Shown: positions 58,821-64,000 of the stretch, one piece after another
Position numbering within the stretch: the stretch's first letter is position 1
Layout: each line of letters starts with the position of its first letter
Source: a bacterium
GTDB taxonomy: Bacteria; UBA8248; JACPRG01; G963555815
Reading direction: 5' to 3'
Length of the DNA: 64,000 nucleotides
Assembly: GCA_965218795.1 (NCBI GenBank)
Contig: OZ244653.1
Span: forward strand, 3,552,001-3,616,000
The notes under the pieces: generated by a model
The model's database searches: none
Seen by the model: the letters and a program-made list of their open reading frames with translations, nothing else
Told to the model about the DNA's origin: nothing
Made by a program: the position numbers and the translations under genes

Positions 58821-61800
58821 AATCCATCCCGGTGGAAGCGGGTCTGCGGGATGCGACCGAGCGGGAGAAGGCCGTCACGACGTTTGAACGCAATGTGGTG
58901 GTCACCGCGGGAGCCGGAACGGGCAAAACCGCCCTCCTGACCGCGCGGCTTCTCCGTCTCCTTTTTCGAAGGGATCATCCGGCCCAGCCGGACCAATGCG
59001 CGGCGCTGACGTTTACGAACAAGGCCGCCGGGGAGATGGCCGATCGTCTGCGCGATTACCTGGAGAGGATCATTCGATGGTCCTCCGCGGGGGGCCCTTC
59101 CGGCGAGAGCCAAGGCGTCGCCGCCGGAATCTATCGCTCCATCGTTGAGCGGTATGGATGGACGGAGGAAGCGTTGGGGCGGCGCGCCCGCGAGATTCTC
59201 CGGGGAATCGAGCAAACTCCCATCTCCACCTACCACGGGTTCGCCGCCCGGCTCTTGAGGCGGTACCCGCTGCAGGCCGGCGTGGACCCCTCCTTTCAGG
59301 AGGATGACGGAACCGTCTTCGATGAACGGTTCGAGCGCGATTGGCAGGCTTGGCTGGCCGATGAACTGGGTGAACGCCCCTCTCGAAAGGAATTGTGGGA
59401 GCGTGCGCTGGACGCATTCCATCTGGAGGAGCTCAGCAGCCTGGCCGGAAAATTGTGCTCGGAGATCCTTCCGCTGGATGAGCTGGAGCGAGCCCTGCGC
59501 GACGGCTCGCTGTTTGAAGTGGATGAGGAATGGCTGGCGGGGATTCTGGAAGAAGCGGAGAACCTGATCGCGCAGTTCCCGGACATAAGAAGAAAAGTCC
59601 ACAAGCATACCGAGGCGGCCTTTCGGATCCTGCAAGGGGTTCGGGACGGGAAGGATGAAGCCGGTCTCCTGGAACACCTCGATGCCATCCGCGAAGGATC
59701 CCGGAGCAAGACCCGTGATTTGACGGATGAGGACTATGAGTCTTGCCGGCGGGTCATCCGGATTGCGGAGGGGCTCGCTTCGCTGGACCGGAGGGCCCTT
59801 GAAGACGCCCTGACCGCCGTCCTCCCGTTCTCACGCAAGTTCAGGGAGGATTTCATCCGGATGGGATACCTGACCTTCGATGCCCAGCTGGCCCGGGCCC
59901 GCAACCTCCTCCGCGATCACCCCGACGTCCGGGGGGAGCTGAAACGGCGGATTCGCCATCTCCTCCTGGACGAATTCCAGGATACCGATCCCATTCAATA
60001 CGAGATCGTCTTCTACCTGGCGGAGGAACCGGAATCGATTGCGGCCGACTGGCGGGAGGTTCGCCTGGAGCCCGGCAAGCTCTTCGTGGTGGGCGACCCG
60101 AAACAATCCATCTACAAGTTCAGGGGGGCGGACATCGAGGCCTACACCGCCCTGCTTGAGGATATTCTCGATGAGCCTCCCATGCGGCTCAGCGTGAATT
60201 TCCGAAGTCACGATCGGCTGGTCGATGTGGTCAACGGGGTGTTCGGGGCATTGCTTCAGGAGAAGGAGAAGATCCAGCCTGTGTATCATCCCGCCCATCC
60301 CCGCCCGGACGCACCGGCCGCGCTGGACGCCCAAAAGGTCGAGGTGCGGGTCGTCGGGCCTGGAGGCGGCAAGTTATGGAATGCGGAAGAAGCGGCCCAC
60401 TTCGAAGCGCGCGAGATCGCCCGGTGGATTCGGGAGGACCTGGTCCACGTGGAGAAAATCCCGGACGCCGGAGGGCGGATCCGCGCGATGGAGTACGGTG
60501 ACATCGCCCTCCTTTTCCGCAAGACGACCGGCATCGGCTCGTACATCGATGCCTTGCGCGAGTGGAGCGTTCCCTATCTGGTCGAATCCGCGCGCGGTTT
60601 CTTTGAGACGCAGGAGGTCACGGATTTCCTGAATCTCCTCGCGGCTCTCGCATTCCCCGAGGACCGCCTCGCCCTGGCGGGGGTCCTCCGCTCGCCCCTT
60701 GGGGGCCTGACGGACAAGGAACTTTTGGAATGGTCGCAGACGGATGGGGAACCGGCAAAGAATTCGTCCAAGGCCGAGGCCGTCATCCGGCGGCTCGATC
60801 ACCTTCGCAAAGATGTTCAACGGTTGCCGGTTTCGGAGGCCCTCGATAGGATCCTTCAGAGGCTTCCAGTGTTGGAAACCGCGGCCCTCCTCGCCGGCGA
60901 GCAGGGGAGGAGCAACGTCCTGAAGGTCCGCTCGATGGCGCTCGATCGGGAAGGCCGGCTGGGCACGAGCTTCTCCGGGCTCGTGGACTGGCTCCGGAGC
61001 CGGGCGCGGGAGGCGCGGGACGAAGGAGAAAGCCCCCTGGCCGAGGAAAACATCAACGCCGTCCGGCTGATGACGGTTCATAAGGCGAAGGGACTGGAAT
61101 TTCCCGTTGTGGTTCTGGCGGGGTTGCAGGCGGGCGGGCGGCACCCGAAGTCCCGAGTCGATGTCCGCCGGGAAACGTCGTCCGGCGCCTGGGGGCTCAG
61201 AATCGATTCCGTCCAGACGCCACGGATGGTTCGGGCCGACGACCGGGACGTAGACCTCGAGGGCGCAGAAGAGCGGCGGCTGTTCTATGTCGCCGCAACG
61301 CGCGCTCGGGAGCGCCTTGTCTTCTCCGTCGCCCTGAGACACCACCAGGGCGGGAAGCCGGCCAAGGCGGAGGGGTTCCTCGCCCATTTGAGCGAGGCCC
61401 TCGGGCTGGATACGCGCTTATCGCAGGAGGACGCAATCCCCGCCGGCAGCGGGCGGATTGCCCGTGTTGCTGTGCCGCCTCCCGGGACCGATGTCAACGC
61501 AGAGGCGGCCGCCGGACCGGTCGCCACGCCGGCCGGGTTCGAGAAGGCTTGGCTGGACCGGGTGGAGAGAGTGAGGAAGCTTCGAGGTCAGGTGGCGGAA
61601 CGCCGCCCTTCGGAGCTGGACCTGGAGCGCCGGGAGACGGCGGAGATTCTGCATCAGGGCAACGCCGATGACCGGGCCGCTCTCATCGGCCGGGTTGCGC
61701 ACGCCGCATTGGAATCGATCGACTTCGCGGCTCCTCGGAATAAGCTCGAAGCGATTGTGGAAAGGTCCCTGGCGGAATGCCGGGTGGACCCGGAGGGGAA

Positions 61801-62227
61801 GGAGGACCGGGAGATCCGTCAGGAGGTCCAGTCCATGCTGGAAGGATTCTTTGCATCCGCCGGTTTCCAGGAGAAAATCCAGTCCCACGAAGAATTGGGC
61901 CGGGAGGTTCCCTGCCTTCTATCGCATGAGGCAGGTGAAGGATTTGAACAGGCGGTCGAAGGCCGAGCCGATCTGGTCTTGAGAGATGGGAAAGGGATCC
62001 TCGTCGTGGATTACAAGACGGCTGAAGTGTCCGTCTCGGAAGCGGGATCGAGGGCTTCCGACTTCACGGCACAAGGCGCGCTCTATTGTCGGGCCGTCTC
62101 AGAAGCGTTCGGTGAGGAGCCGGTCCGGTTCGGCGTGGCTTTCCTCAGGCCCGGGGTCATCGAAATATTGCAGAGTGAGGATTTGATCCCAGGTTCCGAC
62201 AAAGCTGTCGAAAAGAGGATCAGGTGA
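58817..62227 (+). CDS. addA: AddA-like UvrD helicase/nuclease
   Basis: AGAGTGKT, DEFQDT, VGDPKQSIY.FRGAD, T.HKAKGLEF, GRADLV..VDYKT. Confidence 0.87.
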   Translation: MKSIPVEAGLRDATEREKAVTTFERNVVVTAGAGTGKTALLTARLLRLLFRRDHPAQPDQCAALTFTNKAAGEMADRLRDYLERIIRWSSAGGPSGESQGVAAGIYRSIVERYGWTEEALGRRAREILRGIEQTPISTYHGFAARLLRRYPLQAGVDPSFQEDDGTVFDERFERDWQAWLADELGERPSRKELWERALDAFHLEELSSLAGKLCSEILPLDELERALRDGSLFEVDEEWLAGILEEAENLIAQFPDIRRKVHKHTEAAFRILQGVRDGKDEAGLLEHLDAIREGSRSKTRDLTDEDYESCRRVIRIAEGLASLDRRALEDALTAVLPFSRKFREDFIRMGYLTFDAQLARARNLLRDHPDVRGELKRRIRHLLLDEFQDTDPIQYEIVFYLAEEPESIAADWREVRLEPGKLFVVGDPKQSIYKFRGADIEAYTALLEDILDEPPMRLSVNFRSHDRLVDVVNGVFGALLQEKEKIQPVYHPAHPRPDAPAALDAQKVEVRVVGPGGGKLWNAEEAAHFEAREIARWIREDLVHVEKIPDAGGRIRAMEYGDIALLFRKTTGIGSYIDALREWSVPYLVESARGFFETQEVTDFLNLLAALAFPEDRLALAGVLRSPLGGLTDKELLEWSQTDGEPAKNSSKAEAVIRRLDHLRKDVQRLPVSEALDRILQRLPVLETAALLAGEQGRSNVLKVRSMALDREGRLGTSFSGLVDWLRSRAREARDEGESPLAEENINAVRLMTVHKAKGLEFPVVVLAGLQAGGRHPKSRVDVRRETSSGAWGLRIDSVQTPRMVRADDRDVDLEGAEERRLFYVAATRARERLVFSVALRHHQGGKPAKAEGFLAHLSEALGLDTRLSQEDAIPAGSGRIARVAVPPPGTDVNAEAAAGPVATPAGFEKAWLDRVERVRKLRGQVAERRPSELDLERRETAEILHQGNADDRAALIGRVAHAALESIDFAAPRNKLEAIVERSLAECRVDPEGKEDREIRQEVQSMLEGFFASAGFQEKIQSHEELGREVPCLLSHEAGEGFEQAVEGRADLVLRDGKGILVVDYKTAEVSVSEAGSRASDFTAQGALYCRAVSEAFGEEPVRFGVAFLRPGVIEILQSEDLIPGSDKAVEKRIR

Positions 62228-62315
62228 TTCGCGTTGATTTTGTCCCTATTTCGATCTTCCTTATGACTCACGACCCGGACTCGTTGGCCGATCTTGGATC
62301 GTTGCGTTGACGGCG

Positions 62316-63389
62316 ATGGAATGGATGGAAGGATACAACGTCAAGGACTTCTCGGAGGCCGACTTTCAGGCGCTTTCGGATTCTCTTGGCGTGCCTGAAT
62401 ATCGGGGCCGGCAGATCGCCTTGTGGGTTTTCCACAGAGGCGCGGTTTCTTTTGATGAAATGAGCGACCTTCCCAAGGGCCTTCGAAAGACGTTGAATGA
62501 AAACTTCGCCATCAGCAGGTTGAATCTCCTTTGCGCCCAAGCCTCCAAAGATGGGACGCAGAAATTTCTTTTTCAAACTTCGGGGAAAAACGAGGTCGAA
62601 TCCGTTCTGATCCCGGACGGAAAGCGCCGGACGCTCTGCATCTCGACACAGGCCGGGTGCCGGATGGGTTGCACCTTTTGCGTGACGGGAACCCTGGGTC
62701 TGATGGCCCAGCTATCGGCCGCCGATATCGCGGATCAGTTCCTCGAAGCGGGGAGGCGATCAGCCGAATCGATCTCCCACGTCGTGCTCATGGGGATGGG
62801 CGAACCGCTGGACAACTATGACAACGTCGCCCGGGCCATACGGACGCTGACGCATCCGGAATGGGTCGGGCTGTCCCCCCGGAAGATCACCCTTTCGACC
62901 TGCGGGCTGGCGCCGGCTCTGAGCCGCTTCAAGACGGAGTTCCCGAAGGTTCGCGTGGCCGTGTCGCTGGGGGCCCCGGACGATGAACGGCGCGACCGCC
63001 TCATTCCGGTCAACCGGCGATATCCTCTGAAAGCGCTGATGGAGACCTGCCGAAAACTCCCGCTACAGCCGCGCGAGCGGATCACCTTCGAGTATACCCT
63101 GATGAAAGAGCTCAACGATTCGGAGAAGGACGCGCGGCGTCTGGCCCGGCTCGTCCACGGGATCCGGTGCAAGGTGAATCTTCTCCCGTTCAACCCGTCT
63201 CCGCTTTTGAGCTTTGAACGGCCGACGGACGAGACCGTAGACCGGTTTGCGCGGGTGCTCCTCTCCAAGGGCCTGACGGTGACGGTCCGCAAGAGCCGGG
63301 GGCTGGATATCGATGCGGCCTGCGGGCTTTTGGCGGCGCGCCCGCCGGTTCAACCCGTCGCCGCGCACAGCGTCGAATCCGCCGATTGA
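62316..63389 (+). CDS. rlmN: Dual-specificity RNA methyltransferase RlmN
   Basis: CISTQAGCRMGCTFC, MGMGEP, DIDAACG. Confidence 0.95.
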   Translation: MEWMEGYNVKDFSEADFQALSDSLGVPEYRGRQIALWVFHRGAVSFDEMSDLPKGLRKTLNENFAISRLNLLCAQASKDGTQKFLFQTSGKNEVESVLIPDGKRRTLCISTQAGCRMGCTFCVTGTLGLMAQLSAADIADQFLEAGRRSAESISHVVLMGMGEPLDNYDNVARAIRTLTHPEWVGLSPRKITLSTCGLAPALSRFKTEFPKVRVAVSLGAPDDERRDRLIPVNRRYPLKALMETCRKLPLQPRERITFEYTLMKELNDSEKDARRLARLVHGIRCKVNLLPFNPSPLLSFERPTDETVDRFARVLLSKGLTVTVRKSRGLDIDAACGLLAARPPVQPVAAHSVESAD

Positions 63390-63468
63390 ATATCGGAATT
63401 CCGGGGGTTTTTTCCAAGACGCCCCCAGACCCTCGGTAGGGCGGGCTACCAGCCCTCCTTTCCGGTGA

Positions 63469-63519
63469 ATGAAAGTTTTTGAGGGGGGTTTGAGGGGACA
63501 ATTTTCAAAATGCCCTCCC
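63469..63519. repeat. Dispersed ~50-bp intergenic repeat, copy 2
   Basis: ATGAAAGTTTTTGAGGGGGG...GACAATTTTCAAAATGCCC, as at 19254-19305. Confidence 0.8.
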
Positions 63520-63707
63520 AGTTTACGCGCTTGCATGCCTGCTCATCAAGCTGTCGCATGGACGCGCGCCACAGAAGGCCATGATTCTGAGAAAGATTCT
63601 CATTCGCGAAATAGCCGGCGCGCAAATGCCCAAAAAGGCCCCAAATTGACAGGTGTTGGACCGTGCGATAAATTGATCTCCTTTTCCGAGTCTCATCGAG
63701 GGAATTC

Positions 63708-64000
63708 ATGAACAAGTGCGTGATTTATCCCGGTACGTTCGATCCCTTGACGAACGGCCATTTGGACATTGTCGTCCGGGTTCACAGCCTGTTCGAACGG
63801 GTCGTGGTGGCGGTTGCCGACAACCCTTCGAAAGCGCCCATGTTCCCGATCCCGGAGCGCCTGGATCTCATCCGGGAGGCCGTGGCCGATTTGCCGAACG
63901 TGGAGGTGGATACCTTTGAGGGGCTTTTGGTGGAATACGCCACAAAAAAATCATCGAAGGTGATCATCCGGGGTCTTCGGGCGGTCTCCGACTTCGAGTA
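63708..64000 (+). CDS. coaD: Phosphopantetheine adenylyltransferase (runs off window)
   Basis: MNKCVIYPGTFDPLTNGHLDI ... RGLRAVSDFEY; absent from ORF track because no stop in window. Confidence 0.96.
   Translation, partial: MNKCVIYPGTFDPLTNGHLDIVVRVHSLFERVVVAVADNPSKAPMFPIPERLDLIREAVADLPNVEVDTFEGLLVEYATKKSSKVIIRGLRAVSDFE

Overview
GC-rich bacterial chromosome segment. The gene complement suggests a Deltaproteobacteria/Nitrospinota-like lineage, but this is inference only. Housekeeping blocks: yqeC-xdhC-comF; gap-pgk-tpiA-secG, a peptide ABC transporter and tRNA-Leu(GAG); a DEAD-box helicase; a complete isc operon with an IscR box; moaA behind a Moco/Tuco riboswitch lacking P3; folD-xseAB-ispA-dxs-tlyA; addBA, rlmN and coaD. 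Accessory DNA: a Fic gene and a Dam-like MTase/REase pair (2.9-6.9 kb); a ~22 kb region after the tRNA (IS5, IS481 remnant, IS1595 transposon, tandem RutB-like hydrolases, LLM oxidoreductase, second Fic, broken SeqA-like gene, polyamine ABC transporter, radical SAM); and a type III RM deletion scar. The most unusual object is a 3.07 kb IS1595-family transposon (19313-22384; ~24-bp TIRs, near-perfect 8-bp TSD). Its cargo is two repeats of a unit: [small NRALV..EVKY.RPMPE peptide] - [convergent promoter + structured short RNA] - [two-gene passenger pair]. An antisense-overlapping ORF pair and an RBS-sequestering hairpin lie upstream of the transposase. Several accessory genes have 1-nt homopolymer frameshifts that may be sequencing artefacts. 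All family assignments are from motif recognition; no searches were run.
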